DNA of 64,000 bases from Neodothiora populina (lineage: Eukaryota). Of this stretch, positions 25,999 to 36,238 are shown in pieces (position 1 is the stretch's first letter; every line of letters begins with the position of its first letter). The stretch is from positions 992,001 through 1,056,000 of the forward strand of contig NW_027191417.1 of assembly GCF_041146345.1 (NCBI RefSeq). Direction: 5' to 3'. Made by a program: the position numbers and the translations under genes. The notes below the pieces were generated by a model. It did not search any database. It was not told where the DNA came from and worked only from the letters and a program-made list of their open reading frames with translations.

Positions 25999-26946
25999 AA
26001 GCCCTTCCGATCTCATTACAAGTATAATAATCCGATTGTTCTGCTTTCGCTTGCCCGCCCATACCGGTCAGAAATCCACGCCGCTGATTGGCCAGTACGT
26101 AAACACGCAAAAAGTAGCAAATGTAGTCGTAGAATGGCATTCGATAGAAGTCCGTCATTGTCCCATCTTTCAGGTTTGACTGCGCCCCTATGGACCTTGC
26201 AATCTTCATACCTGACCTTCTGCATCCTCTGTCTCCATGAACGACCTAAGCCCCGCTGAGCCCGAGATGGCGGCCTGGCTCGTGGCCTGGCGGCATCCAA
26301 GGCATAGGCGTGATCTAGTGTGTATATTGCGTTGCGAGAGAGCAAGAACGACGTATACATAGCCCATCGCCTGCTGCTCCGCCACTTTGGAAGGATATGC
26401 TTTACCACACTCGACCGAGCGGCCCGTTCCTCTTCTGTCCTTCTCGCAAGAGTGCTTAAGGTGTAGCCTTCGCGCCGTTGCTTACGCCAGCCTATGCTTT
26501 TCTTAACTCCCAAGGCTTGTATTCTCTAAGCCAAGTGACAAATACACTATGTCTGCTATGGAGGACTATCGAACCGGTCTGTTCGCGGCCTTCAGGTTGG
26601 CACAATTAGTCAATTCCTTTCGCAGAAGGATCAAAGTGCGCGTTCGATCTCATAGTGCAACGAAGAAGGGAAGAACGACAGAACAGGCCAAGAACTCGCT
26701 CAGGACCCATCTCACTAGTGATTATATAGAGGAAGCCCACAATGCAATCAACGTCTGTCTTGGCGAACGGAATCGCCGCCGCCATCATCATCGTGGAAAA
26801 GGTCATGTAGTGTCTAATATAGCACCTGATCTTCAGCTATGCAGTGTGGCGACGACGGACAAAGCGGTCCAGGGTAAATCGGATCGACGAGGTGCCGGCT
26901 CTATCACAGATACCCAGGTCATCAAAGCGTAGGTTTCCATATTCCA

Positions 26947-29792
26947 ATGATGGATAGTGCTCTGCTAGGTAGTAACCTCGACTCACATATTCCCAGGGAT
27001 CTGGACCACATTAGTGCCAAGTTGCCTATCGAAGGCGACTCGATCTTCGCTTTGGCTTCCGACGATAGACTACTCCTAGAAAAGGGATCCAAAGTCAGTC
27101 TCGGAGCCCATAGTCCACCCGAACTTATTCAAAGCTTCGTATCAATAGGGCGTATACTGTCCGCGACGCAGTCTGCATATTGCCGTCTCTTCGACACCGA
27201 TCAGGGTGAGGACGAACATGACTGTCCTGTATTGAATTTCCAGCAAGACATCCGCCTGGACGATGTCTATCTGGCAAACCTGGAGCACTTGCTGTTATGC
27301 TTCCAGTGGCAGATTCTACATGCGCTGTTCATCGATCAAGGAGGTCCAAAGATCCGAGAGTACATATCCAAATGTCAGGAGCACCAGCTTCGTTGCCACA
27401 AACAGTGGTTCTCCGAGTTTCCAGATGTCAGGCATCCCTTGTCGACGACTTGGCCATGGAGCATACGTCCGTCATTGGCAGTCTTGTGGGGCGTATGCTG
27501 GATGTTTGAAACCTACTACGGCAACGACTACCTTAGCCAACTTCCGGAAGATGGTGGTGAAAGCTTCTTCGCCGACCCCGACGGTAATTGGAGGAATGGC
27601 TGGACCGGAAGCATCATTGCTTCCAACGAAGAATTGCGCGAGTTCTACGAATATCTAGGTAAGCAGGTGCATTTCCCTCTACTATCGGAGGTGGCGTATG
27701 GTCGGAAGCTACACAAATATTGCCACCGGCACTTTGCTTGGATGTACAGAGACACGACGATGAAGCATCACCATGCATGCTATGACAAACGATTTGCCTC
27801 AAAATACCATAACTCCGAAAAGACATGTGGAAGGTCAAATGCTGATGGTTAGGGTCTTCCAGCAAGCTTCACGACTCAGCCACACCGGTCCACGTCACAG
27901 CGCCAAGTTCGGCAAAGTCCGGCGACGTATACAGAACCCGCAAGTAAGTGATTCATTAAAGCGGCTGCCTGAGCATGCACTAAGAGAGACCTTGTGATTG
28001 ACGGCATTAATACAGTAGCACGGACAGGCATCAACGCGGATTCAGGCTACCCTTCGACAGCGCAGCAATCGTTTCTTCCGCCGACAAATACTAATAGTTT
28101 CTTTGCTGCAGCACTGCCCACCAGCTACGTGGAAAATATTTCCCTTGCTATTGACAGCGCATGGCCGCTCACGCCTGATGACCAGATAAGTGCAAGTGCT
28201 GTGAGACCTGCATTTCGGGGAACTGCACAGTTCGGTGGTCAGTCAAACTACGATAACAATTCTGGTGGATTCTGCGACCAAGTGCCCATATGGGGGCAAA
28301 ATAACCTGCAAGCCCCTGCCAACATCAGCAACCCCAGTAGTCTATTGCCACGCAATTCGGGCAGGTTTTTGATGCCTCATATAACTGTTACTGAGCCTTC
28401 TGATACATATCGGCTATCATCCAACATTGACTCAGGCTATCAAGGCCCAGAGATTAATTCAGTCAACTACAACATGGAAACTCAAGTCTCGTTGCCTCCG
28501 GTTCCACATGACCAACAAATGACTTTTCCATTGCCTGATGAGAGCCAGAAAAGCCGTGAGAGGTCGCTATCAAGCACAACGAACGCACTTCTGGGGTCTG
28601 CAATCAGCAATGCGGACAGCCCAGTACGAAGTCCAGTCAAAAGTCCAAAACGATCACAATCACCGAGCCGAGTGGACAGTCCTTTTCCAAAGCGTGAGAA
28701 GCCGCGGAGTCAACCCAAGATTGTAGGCGGGAAATTTCAATGCGAAGTCTGCGACGTCAAACCCTTTGATCGCCGGTGTGAATGGAAGTCAGTTGATTGC
28801 AAACTCCATCTACGTACGTTCTTTGTCAGCTAACAGATTTCAGTAAACACATGGACAAGCACGATCGGCCTTATATCTGTAAAAAGCCCGAATGTGCCAG
28901 TTTACAAGGCTTCACATATTCTGGTGGTCTTCTCCGTCATCAGCGTGAGGTCCATGGTCTGCATGGTGGAGCGAAACTTCAGCTTCATTGCCATGTCGAA
29001 AATTGTAAGCGGAAGAATCAGAACCCATTCACACGCAGGGAGAATCTTGCAGAGCATCTTCGCCGTGTGCATAAGCTGGAGACGCCCGACCCGGCTATCC
29101 CAACCTCACCTGAATCACAGGTGACCCGAGCTGCGCAGTCTCCTGACAAAGGTGATGATTCAAAGGAACCTACGACAAGCTTATTGACTACTCAGCCGGA
29201 ACCTCATAAAGAGTCTGTGGACACACCAGTCCAAATGGAGTCTGCGCCATCTGCTGAAGTCGCGGAAAGTGCGGTAAAGCTTATGCGCGAGGGCGATCCT
29301 TCGAGTCCTGCGGTCAGCGCAGCTTTCATGCCCCCTAAGTTCACACCCAGCAATAAGCGCAAGCGTAACTCTATTGCGGGGGCCATCTCCACCCAGACTT
29401 CGGAACCCACCCCGAAGAAATACAAGGCCATCCGCAGCAATGATGTCAATGCTGGCGATGGGAACCGTGATCACAAGGGCGACGGTGGTGAGAAGGCTGC
29501 AGAGAACCACACCGGCGCTCCCGTCCAAACGTCGCATGGTGTGACAACCACATCCTCGAGCGACGAGATTCAAAGCCTGAAACATGAGAACAGTCAACTA
29601 CGCCAAGCTCAGGAGGATGCTACCAAGAAGATGCATGAGCAGGAGCAGTCTCTACTTGAAACCAAGAAGGAACTGGAGATGTTGAAGAGGATGATGCAGG
29701 ATGTGGTAAAGAACCACGAGAAAGCTCCTGCTGGCCGTCCAATGTCACCAGCTTCATTGACATCAACGACGTCGCTTCCAACCACTCGCTGA
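26947..29792 (+). CDS. C2H2 zinc-finger transcription factor with C-terminal coiled coil and a putative Trp-rich N-terminal module
   Basis: Three C2H2 fingers across intron 28788-28843: CEVCDVKPFDRRCEWNKHMDKH; C.KPEC....GFTYSGGLLRHQREVH; CHVENC.......FTRRENLAEHLRRVH. NLS-like KRKR and coiled coil IQSLKHENSQLRQ. Proposed in-frame 5' exons 26947-27658, 27863-27943, 28016/28019-28787; the 5' linkage is less certain than the finger region. Confidence 0.78.
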
Positions 29793-30641
29793 GAGAGAAG
29801 ATGACACATGACGAACGACGAAACGAATCTACAAGAGCTCGTGCTTCTCTTCTATCTCGCTGCTTTAGCAAACTTCTATTCCCTCCCTTTTCTGCTTTAC
29901 ACGATGAATGGTCCTTGACACTGGAGTGAGGCTCTCCATGAAGGGCCGATTCGATTATGGGGTGACCTGTCATCAGGGTCCTCAGTCCCAAGGCGACCAT
30001 CGACCACCTTCGAGCGAATTCTGCATTGATACCCACTCACTCGCATGATTTCTGTCTACAAGCCCGGTTTGCAGAGATGTGCTATATATTTTCTTTCTTA
30101 TGCACTTGTTTCACAATGATCAAAGCGAGGGCAAGAAATGTTTTCGAGGCGTTCCAATGTGGCGTTTTATACTGGATCAGGCAAACAGGGCTGGGATCTT
30201 GTTTTTTCTTTTCTGCGATCATTATCGATTTGTCGGGCATTATTTTCGGTGACGGCAGCATTCCAGCATTTTCAGCATCAAACCGACAGGTCGCTTGCGT
30301 GGCGGACCATATACGGCTATCAGGGCCAACATATTCTGCACTACAGATTGTCAATGGAAGGCCTAATGTACAGATGCCTGAAATTTCAATTTTATTCTCG
30401 TTTCTTACATTTTGAGTTTTTTCTTTCCGCGTTTCTGCTTCGATACGTGGTGACAGCAATGATGACAGTAACGACTTCATTGGCGATGATGACAACGAGC
30501 ACGGTAGGGCATCAATATCGTGTAGACTCCAGCATATATACATGTATAGTTGTATACTTGGTACAACTCTTACTGCTCCCGGACTGATCTTACACTTTCA
30601 CTAGTATTAGCATCGAGCAATCAATCAAGCAAGTAAATAAA

Positions 30642-30666
30642 TCTGCTCTGCTCTGCTCTGCTCTGC
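30642..30666 (+). repeat. (TCTGC)5 microsatellite
   Basis: Read directly. Confidence 0.85.
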
Positions 30667-32553
30667 TTCTGTTTACCTTGCCCTCGTTGAGACGGAACTG
30701 TATTCTCTCACTACGAGGCCTTACGAGGATTGTATTTCCTCGGCCCCTCGATGGATGATTATGGTCGGCCAGGCATGCATGCAGATGGAACAGACAGCCT
30801 ATCCCCCCTATCTCCAATTTCGATTTACATGAAACATGCAAGTAGAGCAAAGAAGAGCAAAGCAAGCACCCGGCTCCAGAGGAGGAAGGGAGCAGCCAAT
30901 TTCATAATCCCGTGCATACCCTATATGCAGGCAAACACAGACAATGAAACCTCACGCAGGCACAACGAGCAAGCAAGCGAAAAGCAGAAGAAAGAAGTAT
31001 ATGTATGTATGCATGTATAACCGTGTGCGTAGATGCGTACATAAGGTAGATAGAGCGTTGAGCGCGATGCGGTGCAGTACAAGAATACGTCGACATGCAT
31101 AGTGCACTCTGTAAGGCCAAGGTAATTAGGCAAGGTACGTGTGCATATGCGGTTTGCTCTACTTACTGTACGTGCGTATACAAATACAGGCAATTCCATA
31201 ATCCTACAGCACACAAACAGGATTCTAGCAGATTATTATAAGGGCGAGATAGTCGACGAGGAACGGAAAGGGAACGTTCAGAAGGAATAAGTCTGCACTG
31301 CACTGCAGCTTTTATATATAGATAGTTACATAGCTAAGCTGTAGTCTATACCCTAAAAAGTCGAGCAAGTATTTATCGCATGCAGAATGAAGCCTAAGGT
31401 CACTGTGTGAGTGTATATGTATCTGCTATATATGTGGCAATATTGATGCCTCGTGCGTGCGCCTCGTGGTGTATGCATGCATATCTGCATGCGTACCTTA
31501 CCTACATATATACATGCACACTACGAACATAGCCACATACGTCTCTACAAGAATATATACATGCATTCCCTGGAGGCAGATTTAGCACTTAGCTCTTTAG
31601 CTCGAACATCCTGAGAGAGGCAAGGCAGATATGCCTGACCCACGCACGAGTCAATCGCTGTACCCCTTCTTTAGAGGCAGGAGAAGGAGAAAGACATTGG
31701 GGCGAGCCAAGGACATGTTCCTCTTGCGTATTTTCTCTGCTACATTCTTTGATTCTTTGCTTACTTGCTCGCTCGCTCAGGTCCGCTCTTCTTACGAGTT
31801 TAGGGTGTGCTGGTGGATGTTCTGCTCATGGTATATCGTCTGTGGATAATAGAACACATGTTGTATTCGAGTTAGCTGAATCTTCATTTCCGCTTACGTG
31901 GAGGGAAAAGTATCGCCATGTGCTTCTGCTAAGCAGACGTTGCTCTAATACATGTTGGTGAACTGAAAGTGATGTGTGTAGTAATGTGTTATATTCCTTT
32001 ATCTTGTGCTGTTGCATGGTAGAGAAAGAAAAAAAAACATCAAGCATAAGACACATAGAAAAAAAGAAAAAAAAATAGACAAGCAAACAAGAGAGTCAAG
32101 TCAAGTCGGGAATCCCGTCGCAATTTGCTATCGTATTCATAACACGGCAATAAATACATGATGTCTGAGACAAGTATAAAGGAAAAAGTCTTAGTTACAT
32201 TGTCGCCATTTCATGGCCATGTAATATCCGGACGAAAGACGATGAGCCTTAGCCCCACCCCCACAGTGTACATGTAGCTAGGAGGAGCAGCTGAAATAAA
32301 GAGAAGAGAAAGCAGGGATATGGCTGAATCCAGAAGGGTATATGTCTCGATGATCCAAAGTGATTGCGGAAAGAAAAGAGATAATTTGAGGGCCTTATAA
32401 GTACGGCGCTGGAAATAATAAAACCGCTTTTTCGTACGGTAGCGAGAAGATGGGAATAAAAGAGAAAGGCCTCTGCAAGGGAGAAACCGAACAGAGAAAG
32501 GAGAGAGAAAAGTCATATCCAAGCATTCAGAACATATGCGCGTGCTCCAATTC

Positions 32554-34860
32554 TCAGATCCCACCGAGAGCGCCCCATGCTGCAAGGACATCGTTGCCTG
32601 CACCCTTGACGCTGTTGTTCCTGTGGATGTCTAATTCGTACATTTCGCTTGTGACGACCGTGACATCGCTGGCGTTGGCTGTGGCCGTGGTGCCTGCAAG
32701 GCTGGCTCCGTCAGGGGTCATAGCCGATGATTGGCTGACCGCGCCGGTCGAACTCCTGCTTGTGCTGAGGCTGGGACTGTATGCTCTGGCTGGCAGAGGC
32801 AACAAATCCAGGTCTGAAAAGTCGAGGTCTGGAGCAAGCTGATAAGGATCGGCAGAGTTGGCGGTCGGACGTGCGACAGCCTTTTGTTTCTGTTTGGACT
32901 CTCTGTTGGCGGACGGACAATGGCGCGGGTAGACTGTAGCAGGAAGCAAGGGCGCTTCCAGCTCGTGGCAGACTGGCGACTCCGCGCGCGGTATGTCTTT
33001 GGCAGGGTTGGTGTAGACAGCATCCGATAGCATTTTGTCATCACTGTAGCGGTTGCGCGTGGGAGTAGGTGTGAATCTAGTCCCGCTCGACTTGCGCTCA
33101 GTGGGCTTGCTTGGTGGAGCAGGGAAAACATTACCGAGTACGCTCCTGTCACTCTCCCGGGACACGACGGAAGAGGCGATGCTTCGCGAAGCCGACCTAT
33201 CTCTCGACATTGCTTTTGGTCGCAACGAGTTAGACGGCGACTCGTGTGGGAGTGGAGACGGAGGGGCTTCGAGATGCATTTCTGCCCGTTTGCGGCGCAT
33301 CATCTCCAACAGAGCCATTTCCTCCTGCGTGACGGTCATGACATGGGTTGTCGAGGTGGTGAGTGCGCTGACCTCGCTGTTCATCGACTCCGGGATGGAT
33401 TGATTTGTCGCGGCGCGATGGCGAGGTTTGTACGCTTCTGAGTGCAGGGGTCGGTGTGGTTGTGTCACATCTTCTTGATGTTGCTGGGACATGGGCATTG
33501 GAGGCAAGTCGGTGCGGAAAAGAGCGCCTCCGTTCATGATCGGGATCGTCCCACTGGTCATCGTGGTCTGCATGGTCTGCATGCTGTTGGCACTCTCGCT
33601 GCGATTGTGAAGGTTACTTTGTCGCCCACTTGGCGGCTGGAGTTGTCGCTCGTCCCGATACTGATGCTGACTCGAGCGTTGACGTTGGTGTTTCTGCTGC
33701 TGTCGCTGGTGCTGGTGCTGTTGCTGCTGCTGTTGCTGCTGTTGCTGCTGTTGCTGCTGTTGCTGGTATTGGTTATGGAGCTGCTGAGACTTGCTTTGCT
33801 GTACGGGCCAGCGTTCCGGCGACGGAGGCTCCGAAAGATCTGAATCATCTGACGAAGACAGGTTGAGCATGCTTTGCTCTTGTAGATTGGCGCTGCTAGT
33901 GCTCTTCGGGGCATCACTTTTCTTGGTATTGGAGTCAAACTGAAAGTAGTCGTTGGCAGGTTCCGCCATGGGTGAAATACGTGATGTGGGCGCAGCGCGC
34001 AGACGAGCAGGACCAAGAGAAGGACGAAAGGTAGCGTGGACGACCTGCTCTGGCGGCGTGGAAATGACCTCGGGGAAGTCATCGTCTGACTCGTCGAGTC
34101 CCTCGAACCAATGCGTTATTCCCTTGGGTGGTCTTCGCACATTGACCTTTGCATTTTCCGTGGCGTTCCTCTCGAAGACAGTATTGTGCGATCGCTGGAT
34201 GATCTTTGGCGCCGCATTGTCAGGTGCAGAAGCTGACGTGGTCGCGGCAAGATCCACTTGGCTCTTCATGTGGTGCAACGTTGAAGCTCTATGTTCTGGC
34301 TCTTGGATCTCCTTGGGGTGCTTCGAGCGCTTGTCCCTGTGGAAGAACTTGGCCAACCGCAGCCTTTGACTGCGGCCAGTCGAGTGCGCGCTTTTCAATG
34401 ACTTGTCGCTTTCGTCTTTGTTTCTATGGCTTGGACGACTGAGGTCGGTCCAGCTGCTGGCAGCATGTAGTGGAGGACGTGGCTTCTGCAATTTGGCTGC
34501 GTCTCGCACCGAGTACAGGGACGATTGCTGCGAGAGATCGGGACGCCTGCTCGTCAAGTGATTGTACGAATGTACCGAGGGAATGTCATCCGCAGGCACT
34601 TTGCTCGTTGCGAACTTGTGAAACGGAGCGGTGCCTCCGGTATGGGGTCGTTGGTGGTAAGCCGGTACGTCTGGAGGACCATGCCATGTCTGGGAGGCAG
34701 CGGATGCGCCCATGTCTTTTGTGAGCGAGCCTTCGGTCGCGAGTCTGTATCCCACGCTGTTCTCAAAGTCCGACTGGGTGGGATGCAGTTTATACGTGGT
34801 CTGCGACGGGCGACGAGATGGACGAATGTCCGACGCGCCCGTCGAGGGGGCCGGCCTCAT
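32554..34860 (-). CDS. Uncharacterised low-complexity/polyQ protein
   Basis: Long intronless ORF from ATG 34860 (MRPAPSTGAS), S/P/Q-rich, with short ordered islands VNVRRPPKGITHWFEGL, HVMTVTQEEMALLEMMRRKRAEM and C-terminal DVLAAWGALGG. Confidence 0.8.
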   Translation of the reverse strand: MRPAPSTGASDIRPSRRPSQTTYKLHPTQSDFENSVGYRLATEGSLTKDMGASAASQTWHGPPDVPAYHQRPHTGGTAPFHKFATSKVPADDIPSVHSYNHLTSRRPDLSQQSSLYSVRDAAKLQKPRPPLHAASSWTDLSRPSHRNKDESDKSLKSAHSTGRSQRLRLAKFFHRDKRSKHPKEIQEPEHRASTLHHMKSQVDLAATTSASAPDNAAPKIIQRSHNTVFERNATENAKVNVRRPPKGITHWFEGLDESDDDFPEVISTPPEQVVHATFRPSLGPARLRAAPTSRISPMAEPANDYFQFDSNTKKSDAPKSTSSANLQEQSMLNLSSSDDSDLSEPPSPERWPVQQSKSQQLHNQYQQQQQQQQQQQQQQQQHQHQRQQQKHQRQRSSQHQYRDERQLQPPSGRQSNLHNRSESANSMQTMQTTMTSGTIPIMNGGALFRTDLPPMPMSQQHQEDVTQPHRPLHSEAYKPRHRAATNQSIPESMNSEVSALTTSTTHVMTVTQEEMALLEMMRRKRAEMHLEAPPSPLPHESPSNSLRPKAMSRDRSASRSIASSVVSRESDRSVLGNVFPAPPSKPTERKSSGTRFTPTPTRNRYSDDKMLSDAVYTNPAKDIPRAESPVCHELEAPLLPATVYPRHCPSANRESKQKQKAVARPTANSADPYQLAPDLDFSDLDLLPLPARAYSPSLSTSRSSTGAVSQSSAMTPDGASLAGTTATANASDVTVVTSEMYELDIHRNNSVKGAGNDVLAAWGALGGI
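33718..33765 (-). repeat. CAG/CAA repeat encoding Q16
   Basis: Plus strand is a (CTG/TTG)16 run inside the 32554-34860 ORF. Confidence 0.9.
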
Positions 34861-36238
34861 TTTTGAATCGGCGACACGCGCAAAAAGATCAAGCAGAGTA
34901 CAGTAGGTATGAAGCGCGCAAGGGTTAGTTGTTTGGTTTATCGACAAGCTCCCGACTTAGTACAACGGTAGTCACACGCAACGTCTTCTCTCCAGGGGAT
35001 ATGCTTTTTCTTCCCCAACGGAGCCGTCGACCGTTGACGTAGTCTAGTTCCGAAGTACAGCGAAGCCCTGGCGAAAACGAGGGAAGACGAGAAGAGGCCA
35101 GAGCTATGTTCTCGACAGGCAAGATCTCAGGGGCGCCATATCACAGCCAGGAAGAGGCAGATAGCTGTCCGAGATGATGGTTATGGCAATACAGGCCAAT
35201 GGCGTTCACCAGTGCTCGTATTGGCGGATTGCTGCACGATATAGTGTATATAACACTCTGGATGACACAAACTCCACAGCAGACTTCCGGTATGGCTGAA
35301 TTTTCTGACAGAAACTTTCAATCTTGTGAGCCGATGCGGCTACAGGAAGATAGGGCACAGTGGCAGCTTATGGCGTGGCGTGGCTCTGATTCCTTCAGCG
35401 ACCAGATGCGACCGAAACATCCCATTAAAAAAAAAAGATCGATAACTACTTTGCTGGAACACCAAGTATCTCCTCCACTCCAGCCTTTTGCAGCGATCGT
35501 AGCTCGCAGTCGAGGCCATATCATGCATGTCTGAGCGTCAAAAGCCCCGTGCTCGCCCTAGGCTCTCCTATAAGTGAAATCGGACTTGTGCCTTGGTCTG
35601 CACATCACCCTGCATCCCTACACCACAAATGCCTTCACACTTGCAAGTGCCGGCAGTCTCACGTCAGAATCTTAATTTCAATCGTTCCCATGCTTGTGCA
35701 CTTTCCCCATACACGCCGTTGCTTGGCCTATAACAAGACGACTTATAGCCCGCTTTCTCTGTGCGAGTGTCATTGCATTGTGGCTACAGCCGAAGATCTG
35801 GGATCATTTCTGTAAAATTGCTCCCATTATCATTATTGCCCGGAAATGGCATGGATGCCTTCAAGCCTTTGTGGACCGAGCGTCAATCCCAGGCTCGGCT
35901 CTGCAGATGCTGTAGTTAAAAGTACGCCATCAGGGGGTTCTCCATTTACGCTAGCATTCTACCCTCCGCATTCAGCCACTTCACCTACCACAGCGCATAC
36001 CGTGACGGCAACATACGACGTGATCTGTTGTTTGATCGTACTGATATCATACTATTCATATCTTGTCCAGCGCCATGCTGATGTACAGTCTCGAAAGCTG
36101 AAATGTAGCCATCTCAGAGCTGTATCGCGAATCCCATTGCAGCTACCTAGTTATATCCCGTATTTCGCAAGGCCGCCTGTGTCAAATCACACTCCCTTCT
36201 TGCACTCTTTCCGCTTTTTGACCGGAAGAAGATGATCC

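Noticed and set aside
29800..32550. ORFs 30082-30543 and neighbours, and TGCA/TATA-rich stretches
   Set aside because: Best explained as long 3'UTRs and low-complexity DNA between two convergent genes.
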